Shown here in pieces: positions 19,265 to 28,436 of a DNA stretch of 36,480 nucleotides (position 1 is the stretch's first letter; every line of letters starts with the position of its first letter). This DNA comes from a virus, in IMG/VR virus record IMGVR_UViG_3300045591_000151, positions 1 to 36,480 of that record. One strand, given 5' to 3'. The notes beneath the pieces were generated by a model that was given only the letters and a program-made list of their open reading frames with translations, had not been told where the DNA came from and ran no database searches. Made by a program: the position numbers and the translations under genes.

Positions 19265-20227
19265 TTAAGCAGTTGTAGTCTTAACCTTGCCTACCATCAG
19301 ATATTCAGGTTCTATCATCTGGAACTCAACGCCCCAATAAAGGCTCATGTAGAACTGAACTACCTTTGGATTGTCAGGAACACGCACGGAAACCTGCTCC
19401 TTTTCACCGAGCTGGTTGCAGCCAACAAGCATATTGCTCTTGCTGGTGAGGTAGATATAATCTGATCCCTTCAAATAGGATGTGCCGACAATCTGAACAG
19501 GATTCTCATCAGTACCATGCAGTATGCTCTTGTTATAAGAAGTGTTATAGACAGCAGCGCCGAAATTAGCCAGGCACCATTTCTCATAGAGATTCTTCAC
19601 TGTCTTAGGAACAAAGAGCTTCAGATTCTCTCCATCCTGGAGTTCATCAGCAGCTGACTCATAGAGAGAGAACAGAATATCACCGCAATTCGCTTCAGTG
19701 ATAGCATCTATCTCCTTGTAGTTGCCTTTGTCAGCAGAGATATTGCCTGCTGTTATTTCAGCAGCTGCAATAGTATCCCAGCCATTAAACAGTTCCATGG
19801 TCTTGGTGCCAGTAGCATTACGCTTGGCTTTGAAGAGAGCCTTGCCAAGCTTGCTGGAAACAGTAGATGCTATCTGGAGATCCATATCCTTCACAATCTG
19901 AGCATCAGTCCTTTCTCTGGTCTGATTATCGAAACTCTCATTATAGACAGTTTCAAACAGCTGATAAGGATCAACCTCTTCAACCAGATCACCCAGATAG
20001 GTGGTAAGAGTGCGAGCAACGATAGTAGTAGTATCAGTTGCGCCTTTATCAGTCTTATATGGCCTGAGTTCCGCTTCAGACTTGATTCCGCCAACTGTTT
20101 CGGTACCCATAATGCCAGGCCTTACAGTTACATGCTGAAGGAAAGGCTCAAGTTTCACCAGAGGCATGTGCAGCATTTCTTTTCTGTACTTAGCCCCAGA
20201 TTTCACTAGTAAATCAGAAAGTTTCAT
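19265..20227 (-). CDS. Major capsid protein (putative).
   Basis: 320-aa ORF directly after the protease/scaffold gene. The call rests on synteny and size. Confidence 0.6.
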   Translation of the reverse strand: MKLSDLLVKSGAKYRKEMLHMPLVKLEPFLQHVTVRPGIMGTETVGGIKSEAELRPYKTDKGATDTTTIVARTLTTYLGDLVEEVDPYQLFETVYNESFDNQTRERTDAQIVKDMDLQIASTVSSKLGKALFKAKRNATGTKTMELFNGWDTIAAAEITAGNISADKGNYKEIDAITEANCGDILFSLYESAADELQDGENLKLFVPKTVKNLYEKWCLANFGAAVYNTSYNKSILHGTDENPVQIVGTSYLKGSDYIYLTSKSNMLVGCNQLGEKEQVSVRVPDNPKVVQFYMSLYWGVEFQMIEPEYLMVGKVKTTTA

Positions 20228-20241
20228 AGAGCAGAGTTATT

Positions 20242-21531
20242 TTATTGATTGTTTTTCATCGCAAGGAAATCACGGCAAGCTTTATCAGCTTCCTCATAGG
20301 TTTTAGCAGCATCATCCTTGTCAACTGCTGAAGTAGCAGCATCTTTCTTGACTACAACACCTGGTGCGGAATTGTCATCAAGCTTTGCAATAGCAGCATC
20401 AAGGGATTCCTGGAGCTTTGAGATAGTAGATTCAGCCTTCTTGAGTTTTTCTGATAGCTCAGTATTCTCAGCATTAAACCTGGAATTATCCTGGCTCAAA
20501 GCATCAATTGTATGCTGCATATTATCAGCAGCCTGCAAGCGAGCTTCAATCTCATCAAGCTGAACAGGCTGAAGCACTGTGGAGCCGTCAGCATCATAGA
20601 CCTGATCCTTCATGGACTCAAGGCCATTCAAGTGTTCATACTTTTCCATATTCGTTCTATTAGATTGATTTTCTGTTACAGATTCATCAGTTTTAGAGTT
20701 TGCGAGCATCAAAACTGCATTAATGGCATCTTCAAATGGGCCTATGCTGTCAATAAGAGATCCTATGGAATCTTTTGCCCAAAAAGTCTTGCCATGAAGC
20801 TGGTTATCCTGTACGCCAGGCCGATTAGCCTGCATATCTTTCATGAATTTTTCAGCATAAGGATTAAGCACCTCTTCTTTGATGATCTTACTATTCCCCT
20901 TCAAAGCCTCTTCATATTCAAGATTCTTTTCATAGCTCTGATCGGCATAAATTCTGGCAGTTATATAGCCATCCTCATCTTTATGATACTGTGAGTAGCC
21001 AGACAGCTCAATCAAAGTACCGATGCATCCAACACTGTCATAATCATCAGATGCGATAATCCTGGAACAGTAGGATGCTACATAGATCGCAGCAGATGCA
21101 GCCATGCCATCAACATAAGCCACTACTGGCTTTTTGCAGCTATTGATTGCATTTGCCAGTACAGGTACTGCATCACAGCTGCCACCACCAGAATCTATCC
21201 TTATGATGTGACCTATTACCTCCGGATCTGCATCAGCATCTGTCAGCTGTTTTGCCAGCGATTTCGCACCAGGAGTGCCACAACTATCATATTTGAGCAT
21301 CGTACCCACGATGTTCATCACAAAGATCTTATCAGCACCAGAAGGTTGCTTGGATTTGGCACTTGCTGCCCCCTGAGAATAGGCACAGATTTTTCCCGAT
21401 TTCGGTGCAGGTGTGATCTCGGTTATATATCCATGCAGCACACCCTCCAGTATCGGCAACATTGCAGAAGCGAGCTGTGGATGTATCATCCACGGCCCTC
21501 TCAGGTTTTGAGAAAAATTTGAAATGACCAT
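20242..21531 (-). CDS. Prohead protease of the S49/SppA (ClpP-fold) family fused to a C-terminal coiled-coil scaffold domain.
   Basis: IRIDSGGGS and VDGMAASAAIYVASYC resemble the S49 serine-protease motifs, as in lambda gpC. The C-terminal ~120 aa are E/K/D/A-rich coiled coil. Confidence 0.75.
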   Translation of the reverse strand: MVISNFSQNLRGPWMIHPQLASAMLPILEGVLHGYITEITPAPKSGKICAYSQGAASAKSKQPSGADKIFVMNIVGTMLKYDSCGTPGAKSLAKQLTDADADPEVIGHIIRIDSGGGSCDAVPVLANAINSCKKPVVAYVDGMAASAAIYVASYCSRIIASDDYDSVGCIGTLIELSGYSQYHKDEDGYITARIYADQSYEKNLEYEEALKGNSKIIKEEVLNPYAEKFMKDMQANRPGVQDNQLHGKTFWAKDSIGSLIDSIGPFEDAINAVLMLANSKTDESVTENQSNRTNMEKYEHLNGLESMKDQVYDADGSTVLQPVQLDEIEARLQAADNMQHTIDALSQDNSRFNAENTELSEKLKKAESTISKLQESLDAAIAKLDDNSAPGVVVKKDAATSAVDKDDAAKTYEEADKACRDFLAMKNNQ

Positions 21532-21583
21532 ATCTATTTTGCTAGGGCAAAGATATGTTTAGGAGTTTTGAAGCTTTGCGACA

Positions 21584-22018
21584 TTATACAACACCCAGAA
21601 GCGCACCATGCAGACTTCTATTCTCAACTTTCACATTGAACTCTGATGAACTCTGACCAGATATTCGATCTACATAAGTGAATGTCGGTACAAACTCAAT
21701 GGATCCGAGTACATACACAATCCCTGCAATGGTTTCAATGATGAAAACTGCCTTTTTGCCCTGGAGCTTCTGCAAAACAGTGCGATAATTCTCTTTGTCA
21801 GCCCTTACGGATGCGGAGAAACTGCAATTTGAATAGCTTCCATTTTCATCATAGCTCCAAGTCTCATTGAACTCACAAGTTTCATTAGTCAATGGAATTG
21901 CCACAGGATCCTGAGAAAATACCTGGGAAAGCTTGATTGTTGTACCTGGAGGCACCATCGAATAATCATTCACACTGGAGAGTGGCACATACTTGAAAGA
22001 TCTAATACCTAGTTTCAT
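21584..22018 (-). CDS. Hypothetical protein, beta-rich.
   Basis: 144-aa ORF upstream of the protease gene. Confidence 0.35.
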   Translation of the reverse strand: MKLGIRSFKYVPLSSVNDYSMVPPGTTIKLSQVFSQDPVAIPLTNETCEFNETWSYDENGSYSNCSFSASVRADKENYRTVLQKLQGKKAVFIIETIAGIVYVLGSIEFVPTFTYVDRISGQSSSEFNVKVENRSLHGALLGVV

Positions 22019-22059
22019 AAATCATTTATTTTGAGCAAAAAAGCAAGACATCAACGAAA

Positions 22060-22587
22060 CTAAAAAAATATTGGTAAAGGTAATTTTTCAGGGAATTTCA
22101 CTCTGAACCTATACCAGTACTTGGAAAGAGTGCTTAGTCTCTTAGCAGTAACATCGAGGCCATTATCTTCCAGGAAATCAGAGATTGCAGCTTGGATCTT
22201 CATTTTCTTGTCAGGATCGGCAGATTGCCTGCCTATCATGTATTGCGTAAATGCATTCCGAAATTGATTCTCAAGATACCTCTTGATTGCATTCTGCCCA
22301 GCTGGTGAGATATAGCAGCGATAAAGGCTGTTGATGTGGATAGATCTCTCAGCTGGATGATTATAATATGGAGTTGATCTTGCATCCAGAAGGATGATTG
22401 AGATATATTCGCTTCTATCACTGATAGTCTTATAGTCATTTGGCAGAAGATCCAAAGACTGTTTGACTATTGCCCACAAATTGGTGCTTTTATCCAATCT
22501 CACATGATCAGAGCCATAGGTATTGATTACCCATGCCCTAATCATTGCTCCAACCTTGATGTCAACTGTATTCTCAAATTCACTCAT
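22060..22587 (-). CDS. Hypothetical protein.
   Basis: 175-aa ORF near the start of the late region. Confidence 0.35.
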   Translation of the reverse strand: MSEFENTVDIKVGAMIRAWVINTYGSDHVRLDKSTNLWAIVKQSLDLLPNDYKTISDRSEYISIILLDARSTPYYNHPAERSIHINSLYRCYISPAGQNAIKRYLENQFRNAFTQYMIGRQSADPDKKMKIQAAISDFLEDNGLDVTAKRLSTLSKYWYRFRVKFPEKLPLPIFF

Positions 22588-22614
22588 TTCACAAAAATAA
22601 ATATGTGGTTATGA

Positions 22615-22875
22615 TTAATCTCTGACATATACCGGCCAACCTGTATCGACATCATACTTGAAGATGTCAATTGAATTGGTAGTCACAATGTTTGTATAGT
22701 ATTTGCCAGCATCCGGCCCGATTCGCACCTTGTAGAGAACTATCCTTCCAAGGCAGAGGTCTGACCTTGTGGCCAGCCTCATCCCAGATGGAATCGATGG
22801 ATAGCACCAGATGTCATAGTGTCTGCCAAAAGCGAACTGGCCGAAAGAAAGCTTGAAAGGTTCTGAATTTTTCAT
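22615..22875 (-). CDS. Hypothetical small protein.
   Basis: 86-aa ORF, first gene downstream of the iteron region. Confidence 0.35.
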   Translation of the reverse strand: MKNSEPFKLSFGQFAFGRHYDIWCYPSIPSGMRLATRSDLCLGRIVLYKVRIGPDAGKYYTNIVTTNSIDIFKYDVDTGWPVYVRD

Positions 22876-22910
22876 TTCATTTTTCTAAAGGATAAAATAA
22901 TAGGAAATGT

Positions 22911-23265
22911 TTGACCCACTGACCCGACACGACTTGACCGCATTGAATAACAATGAGTTACGGCCGGTCAAAACTCAAAAAAACAAGGTTGACCCGAAAA
23001 ATCCTAAAAATCATTATTTTATTGATATTCAAACACATAGCATTTTTTTACAAAGTTGACCGGAATTTTCAAGCACGATTTTGACCTATTTTTTACAAAG
23101 TTGACCTAAATTTGACCTGAATAAAGAATTAATAATCAATAGTTTATAATATTTGGGTCAACAGGTCAAGGTTTTCCTAGAATATTTCTGCTGAAAATTT
23201 TTCCTGATTCTGGCCAGAAAAAACCGCAGCCCTAAAGTGGTGCCACGGTAGTCAAAAATCTTGAC
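22911..23265. repeat. Iteron array, putative replication origin, with TTGACC/GGTCAA repeats and an AT-rich spacer.
   Basis: TTGACC occurs at 22911, 22934, 22989, 23056, 23081, 23101, 23112 and 23260. A CTGACC variant is at 22919. Inverted GGTCAA occurs at 22966, 23156 and 23164. An 18-bp perfect direct repeat TTTTTTACAAAGTTGACC lies at 23044..23061 and 23089..23106. An AT-rich tract lies at 23118..23155. The array directly follows the primase-helicase gene. Confidence 0.6.
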
Positions 23266-23274
23266 CTGATGACT

Positions 23275-26202
23275 CTAGAATGGTGGTTGATCCTGGTTTT
23301 GTGAAAGCTGCTGAGGATCTATCATGCCAAGGATGGCCTCGACAGGAAGATCAGCTGACTTTGTGGTGTCGATGTAGAAGTAGTATCTATCTTCACCATT
23401 AACCTTCAGCCTGATGTCGCAGCGTTTCCTTTCGGTAGGAGTCCTTAGCAGCTGTTCTGGATTGAACACATAGCCTTTGTATTGACAGTATGCCTGAAGC
23501 TTGGATTTGAAGGTCTGAGCCTTGATGAGATCTCCAGCTGTCTTGGAAAGCGTGATCTTGTAGGCATCCAGAGCCTTCTGCTTATCAACTAGACAGTTGA
23601 GATTGCCTTCATCAAAGTAATCTTCTGCCCACCAGAGGAAGTCATCACCCATCATCTTCTGAAGGGTTCTCTGCATTATCTTCTGCATAGGTGGCTGGAT
23701 TCTGATACCGATCTTCTTCCATTGCTGTATGCAGTTCATCATGAAATTGTAGAAATGATTCATTTCTTCAGGTGTGTAATCCTGGATCAGATTCTTCTTA
23801 AATTTCGTATATGGAGAGCGCTCTTTCAGCTTCCTCATAACGGAATTGCTGTGATAATAGTCACTGAAGGCAGCGAACCATATTCTCCTGTTCAGCGAAT
23901 CATCAAAATCTCGTATCGCATGATTAGATGTGAAGGCAATTTTTGGCGAATCGCAGTAATCCAGGGTAAATGCAGGTGCATGCTTGACATTGACCACCAT
24001 TTTTCCGGTAATTAAATTCATGAAACGGTGCAAATTGATTCTATTGTTGAGATCATCCATGAATACAGTATCGGTAACGCCTCTCTCAACTCCCTGGAGC
24101 ATGAACTGCATTTTATCATCCTCCATCATCTGGGCATCGATATAAACCTGCTTCCTCATCTGTTCAATGGAATTGAAGAAAAGTGACTTTCCGGTGCCTC
24201 CAAGATGTTCACCTTCATCTGACTGTTCCATTTCCATGGCATAAACGGCATAAGGCTGACCGGCATTCTTATATTTGGACAGCATATAGCCCAAAGCCAG
24301 GGACTTTGAGATGAAGTTCAGATCTGTTTCTGCCTTTTCCTCTTCAGTCAGAGAGTAGCCAGCCTCTTCCTTTCTCCAATAATTGCGACCAGTGTCATAC
24401 ACGAATTGCATAAAACTGCAATCATTTCGCTTGATTTTGAGTTTCCATCGAGATTCCTCACCCATTAGGTCAACTTGCTTCTTTATAGCATAATAATTAG
24501 GGGTATCAGGGGGTGTGCTGGCAAGCTGGGCAATCTTCGAGGCATAGGCATCTGACTGGCAGATGTCGAAATATGGATCCTCTGGCCGAAAATCATGCTG
24601 TATGATCTTGCTGCTGTAGACCATGTATGGGCATTCACTGGTTTTAACTTTGGTTATTCCTTCAGCAGACACACGAAAGATCCCATTAGTAAAGAAGAAG
24701 TAGTCTGAGCCTTTGTCAAATGCCTTGAAATTAGGCTCTATCATCTTAAGTTTGTCCAGGCTTGCCTTGCTGATCTGCTTGCTCCTATGTATGGCATTTG
24801 CAAGGGCCTGAGAATAATACTGTGGATGCGTATGCAGATAGTCCAGGAGATAATCAGATACAGCAGCAGAAATGGCATCCTCATCAATCAGAGTAACCAC
24901 ATTGTCTACGATCCTGCAAAAAGTATAACCTTGCTTATTGGTAGATGTCGCAATCTTGTAAAATCCGGATGCCTGAAGAAAAGCATAGAGCTGTTCATTG
25001 TTGATGTCATATCCGGAAACCTTGCCATCCTTGGTATATTTCACGCTCCAGAACTTAAGAGATCCAGAGAGCTTGACCAATTCATCGAAAAGTTTAACAG
25101 GATCCTGAGTCTCAGGCTTCCTGTAGTAGACAAAGAAATCCTTTGCATCTTTGCATGGAGTGCCTTTTCTGGTTTTCAGTTGCTTCAGCTCTGCTGGAAG
25201 TATGATAAGCTTAACATCCAGGTAAGAGAGGCCTATCTTCTTCATGCTGGCCATGCCTGTGTCATCAATATCATATAGCAAATAAATATCCTTTGCTATT
25301 TCCTTCAGCTGCCTGAAATCGTATTCCTTCAATTCAGCCGTTTCAGAATTTGGCCAGCAGACATGATACCCTGCATTATGCACGTTCAGAGCATCAGATG
25401 GCCCAGAGCAGATAATAAGCTTATCCCAGCTAATATCTTCCTGTTCCTCTTGCTCATGGCCATCATCATCAACAGACTTGACTATCTTGGTAGCCGACCA
25501 GGTGTGTGCTTTGACAGCATCCATCCTGGCCATAAACTCTTTCTCTCCAGACAGCAGATTAGTGGGCTTCTGGCCAACCCATAGGAATCTAACTTCACCA
25601 AGAGGCTGATATATCTTTCCATAGCTTCCATAGTCATAGTAATAGATTGGATATGACTCATTGCTGGCAATCTTATAGCTCTGGCCTTTCGCATTTTTCT
25701 TTGTGATATAATAATCCAAAGGAATAAGGCAAAGATCAGCACAGAGTTCAGGCGTAATCTTATAGCCCAATTGAGCAAGCTCTTTGTCTGTAAACTTCAG
25801 GCCTGGCCGTTTCCCAACCTCATAATCATCATGCGGAGCTGCTTTCTCGATAGTGGGCATTGGCTTGGTTGATGGCACCCATCCGGCCCTATCTTTTTCA
25901 AGCAGTTCAGGCGCAAATTTGGCTGCTATCCAGTCGATAGCCTGGGGAAAAGTCAGATGCTCATTCTCCATAACCAGCTGAAAGCAAGTGCGAGCCTTAT
26001 TGTCTGCACCGCCTTTATCCTGGATCATCCAAATGCCTTTAGTGTCCTTGAAAACCGCACAGGATGGATGTTTATCATCCTCTCTGATTTTGAAATTCTT
26101 ATGTGCGCCTTCTACGAAACAGCTGCTGCTCTGTGGATAATAGTATGCAATCACAGCTTTCCCCTGTTCCGTAGCCAGCAATATATCATCTTTGCTTATC
26201 AT
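23275..26202 (-). CDS. Bifunctional DNA primase / P-loop helicase (Toprim plus SF3/D5-like NTPase).
   Basis: 975 aa. Toprim-like SGPSDALNV ... LLYDIDDTG lies mid-protein and a Walker A GGTGKS lies in the C-terminal half. Confidence 0.8.
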   Translation of the reverse strand: MISKDDILLATEQGKAVIAYYYPQSSSCFVEGAHKNFKIREDDKHPSCAVFKDTKGIWMIQDKGGADNKARTCFQLVMENEHLTFPQAIDWIAAKFAPELLEKDRAGWVPSTKPMPTIEKAAPHDDYEVGKRPGLKFTDKELAQLGYKITPELCADLCLIPLDYYITKKNAKGQSYKIASNESYPIYYYDYGSYGKIYQPLGEVRFLWVGQKPTNLLSGEKEFMARMDAVKAHTWSATKIVKSVDDDGHEQEEQEDISWDKLIICSGPSDALNVHNAGYHVCWPNSETAELKEYDFRQLKEIAKDIYLLYDIDDTGMASMKKIGLSYLDVKLIILPAELKQLKTRKGTPCKDAKDFFVYYRKPETQDPVKLFDELVKLSGSLKFWSVKYTKDGKVSGYDINNEQLYAFLQASGFYKIATSTNKQGYTFCRIVDNVVTLIDEDAISAAVSDYLLDYLHTHPQYYSQALANAIHRSKQISKASLDKLKMIEPNFKAFDKGSDYFFFTNGIFRVSAEGITKVKTSECPYMVYSSKIIQHDFRPEDPYFDICQSDAYASKIAQLASTPPDTPNYYAIKKQVDLMGEESRWKLKIKRNDCSFMQFVYDTGRNYWRKEEAGYSLTEEEKAETDLNFISKSLALGYMLSKYKNAGQPYAVYAMEMEQSDEGEHLGGTGKSLFFNSIEQMRKQVYIDAQMMEDDKMQFMLQGVERGVTDTVFMDDLNNRINLHRFMNLITGKMVVNVKHAPAFTLDYCDSPKIAFTSNHAIRDFDDSLNRRIWFAAFSDYYHSNSVMRKLKERSPYTKFKKNLIQDYTPEEMNHFYNFMMNCIQQWKKIGIRIQPPMQKIMQRTLQKMMGDDFLWWAEDYFDEGNLNCLVDKQKALDAYKITLSKTAGDLIKAQTFKSKLQAYCQYKGYVFNPEQLLRTPTERKRCDIRLKVNGEDRYYFYIDTTKSADLPVEAILGMIDPQQLSQNQDQPPF

Positions 26203-26509
26203 CGAAAAACTCCTTAATTTCCTTTATCATCCGTTCAGCGAAATTGATCCTCTGTTCGCAAAAGAGCCTTGCCTGAATGAATGATGTTTCTCTTTCTTTA
26301 CCAGGTTCTATCTTTGCTTCATCTAGCAAATCAGTGAGATCTCTTTCCCATCCTGGAAGGGCAAGACAAATGGCATCAATCAGGGCAAACGCCTCAGTGC
26401 GAGACAGCTTCAATGGATCAACCACAAAGTCTCTCACAGTAAGATCATCCTCTACACGCCTCATTAAATGCATCATTTCGCTTCTTTCGATTGATCTCTG
26501 GTATTCCAA
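26186..26509 (-). CDS. Hypothetical early protein. The likely true start is the ATG at 26476, which forms an ATGA overlap with the upstream stop.
   Basis: 107-aa track ORF. Met12 at 26476..26474 overlaps the TGA at 26475..26473. Confidence 0.4.
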   Translation of the reverse strand: MEYQRSIERSEMMHLMRRVEDDLTVRDFVVDPLKLSRTEAFALIDAICLALPGWERDLTDLLDEAKIEPGKERETSFIQARLFCEQRINFAERMIKEIKEFFDDKQR

Positions 26510-26934
26510 ATCAGGAAATCATTATATGATTCAAAACACAGCCATCCACCTTTGACTTTTACAATTTTCTCAGCCCAGGGAAATGCTTTCTTTGCCAGCC
26601 TGTGTGTCCTGGCATTTGACAATTCAACTCTCATAGCATGATAGATTTTTAATATCTTCCTAATCACGAATGACATTGCTCCTTTGAGCAATGAAAAGGG
26701 CCTGACCAGTGAGGCCCTGATTTTCGTGAGATATGATCTGAATATTACATCAGACTGGCCATTAGAAAATTCCTTCGATAGATTCCAGCATATAGCCAGA
26801 GTAAATAAGTGCCACCAGGCGAATTGCGCCTTGCTCATTAGTGCGCTGACAGCATTGATAAGCAATGCTATAGCGATAAATGCAGTCAGCATCATCCAGA
26901 TGCATCCTGTCAATCTGTCAATGTTTTTTTTCAT
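26473..26934 (-). CDS. Membrane-anchored hypothetical early protein.
   Basis: 153 aa with two N-terminal hydrophobic helices (CIWMMLTAFIAIALLINAVSAL, WWHLFTLAICW). Confidence 0.4.
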   Translation of the reverse strand: MKKNIDRLTGCIWMMLTAFIAIALLINAVSALMSKAQFAWWHLFTLAICWNLSKEFSNGQSDVIFRSYLTKIRASLVRPFSLLKGAMSFVIRKILKIYHAMRVELSNARTHRLAKKAFPWAEKIVKVKGGWLCFESYNDFLIWNTRDQSKEAK

Positions 26935-27077
26935 ATCTCACGTTTTTTTTGGAAATCTGTAATACCCCATAGTTTATTGCTCTTGGGAACAGCGACATAG
27001 CCGTTGCAGTAGCCGCTCTCAGTGTACCTCACAGGAGGGTGTGGAGCAATGAATGGAACAACTGTCATCTTTTTCAT
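26931..27077 (-). CDS. Unlisted 48-aa ORF, translationally coupled on both sides.
   Basis: Hand translation gives MKKMTVVPFIAPHPPVRYTESGYCNGYVAVPKSNKLWGITDFQKKREI. Its ATG (27077..27075) forms ATGA with the methyltransferase stop. Its TGA (26933..26931) overlaps the next ATG (26934..26932). Confidence 0.4.
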   Translation of the reverse strand: MKKMTVVPFIAPHPPVRYTESGYCNGYVAVPKSNKLWGITDFQKKREI

Positions 27078-28042
27078 ACTATCCTATTGTTTTGATAATC
27101 TTCAATAAATTTTTGGCAGTGCCTGATTATTTCATTAGCGAGATCTACTGGATCATGGCCAAAGCCAGAAGCATGACATAAAGCCACAAGCTGAAGCTGA
27201 TCATCTATGCTCTTGATCATCGCCTCATTGCCTCGCTTATCGATTTCCAGCATATCCTCTGTTGTAGGCTGAGGTGGCATATCAGGCTCCATGTAGGAGC
27301 TTGGAGAAAGGTTGGCATCGACATCGGCAAGGATCTGATCGCATGGGATCTCTACTGACTTTCCTGATGTCAAATCTGAAAACTTGATTTTATAGAGATC
27401 AATCCCTTTTCGAAATACAATGAGGGCCGTAGAAATATTTGTATCAACAAAATGCCCCTTTTCGATAAGTGTAACGCTTTGAATAATGTGTTGTGAGACT
27501 ATCCACCGCCTAATCTTACCCTCTCTATTTCCTCTATATAAGATCCCAGGGAAACACAAAACAGCGGCACATCCGTCATCAGCCAAGTAGTTCAATATAT
27601 GCAAGATAAAGGCATAGTCAGCCTTGGATTGTGGTGGCAGGCAAAGAGCAGCCTGGAATCTTTCATCATCTGCTTCAACCAGTTCCGGATGCCATTTGAT
27701 CGAGAAAGGATAATTAGCGACAATAGCCCGAAATTTATGCCCCACAGCAGGATTAGCAAGAGTATCACCGGTGGCAATTTCGCAATTTGTGAGTCTGTGC
27801 CTGGCAACTTCAGCCTGGCCATAATCTAGCTCTTGACCAAATTTTTTTACTGTGTCAGGAAACACAGATAAGAGACTTCCAGATCCGCATGTAGGATCAT
27901 ATACTTCATCGCATTTTTCAATGCAATTTGTAATGATGTCTTTAAGCATGTTAGCCAAAGCCAAATCTGTGTAAAACACACCTTGGGCTGCGAACTCCTT
28001 CCTTAAGCTTTTAAGGTTATGCTGCTCAACAAATTCCGGCAT
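27074..28042 (-). CDS. Orphan N6-adenine DNA methyltransferase (N6_Mtase / HsdM-like catalytic domain).
   Basis: SAM-binding motif I is VYDPTCGSGSLL and catalytic motif IV is VANYPFS (NPPY-type). No adjacent restriction or specificity gene is present. Confidence 0.8.
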   Translation of the reverse strand: MPEFVEQHNLKSLRKEFAAQGVFYTDLALANMLKDIITNCIEKCDEVYDPTCGSGSLLSVFPDTVKKFGQELDYGQAEVARHRLTNCEIATGDTLANPAVGHKFRAIVANYPFSIKWHPELVEADDERFQAALCLPPQSKADYAFILHILNYLADDGCAAVLCFPGILYRGNREGKIRRWIVSQHIIQSVTLIEKGHFVDTNISTALIVFRKGIDLYKIKFSDLTSGKSVEIPCDQILADVDANLSPSSYMEPDMPPQPTTEDMLEIDKRGNEAMIKSIDDQLQLVALCHASGFGHDPVDLANEIIRHCQKFIEDYQNNRIV

Positions 28043-28052
28043 GATAATTAAT

Positions 28053-28310
28053 TTACTTGTTAACTTTTTTCAAAGGCTCAAAAACACCATTGTTAGTGGG
28101 TGCCTGTGTTGATTTGTCAACAGGAATCATCACTATCCACTTTCCACCACGCTCTTCAGCATATTTACGTATTTCCTTAGCCCTGGCTGAATTGCTTCGA
28201 TTGGAGAGTATCTTCCACAGTGCCTGCCTGGTAATGTGGAAGCGATTAGTGATTTCAACTCGCAGATCTGGAGTTATCTTCAGGTACTCTTTAACTATTG
28301 CCATTCCCAT
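28053..28310 (-). CDS. Cro-like small HTH regulator, first gene of the early operon.
   Basis: 85 aa with the HTH-like segment ITRQALWKILSNRSNS. It is divergent from the XRE repressor gene. Confidence 0.5.
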   Translation of the reverse strand: MGMAIVKEYLKITPDLRVEITNRFHITRQALWKILSNRSNSARAKEIRKYAEERGGKWIVMIPVDKSTQAPTNNGVFEPLKKVNK

Positions 28311-28350
28311 TCTCTTTACTAACTTTGGTTTGTTTACATGTCAACTTTTG

Positions 28351-28381
28351 CAAAGTTAATAATACCTGAGTAAATAACAAA
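28351..28381 (-). promoter_or_regulatory. Bacteroides-type early promoter with a -33 TTTG and a -7 TAACTTTG.
   Basis: On the - strand, TTTG (28381..28378), then a 19-nt spacer, then TAACTTTG (28358..28351), 41 nt upstream of the Cro-like ATG. It is overlapped by the near-palindrome AACTTTTGCAAAGTT (28343..28357). Confidence 0.5.
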
Positions 28382-28436
28382 TGTTTTATTAAGAATTTTA
28401 TCAATGTTTTCTTAAGTCATTAATGATTACAACATT

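Noticed and set aside
22911-23265. The repeat array as a possible CRISPR locus.
   Set aside because: The repeat units are only 6-18 bp, occur in both orientations and are irregularly spaced. No cas genes are present. Iterons fit better.
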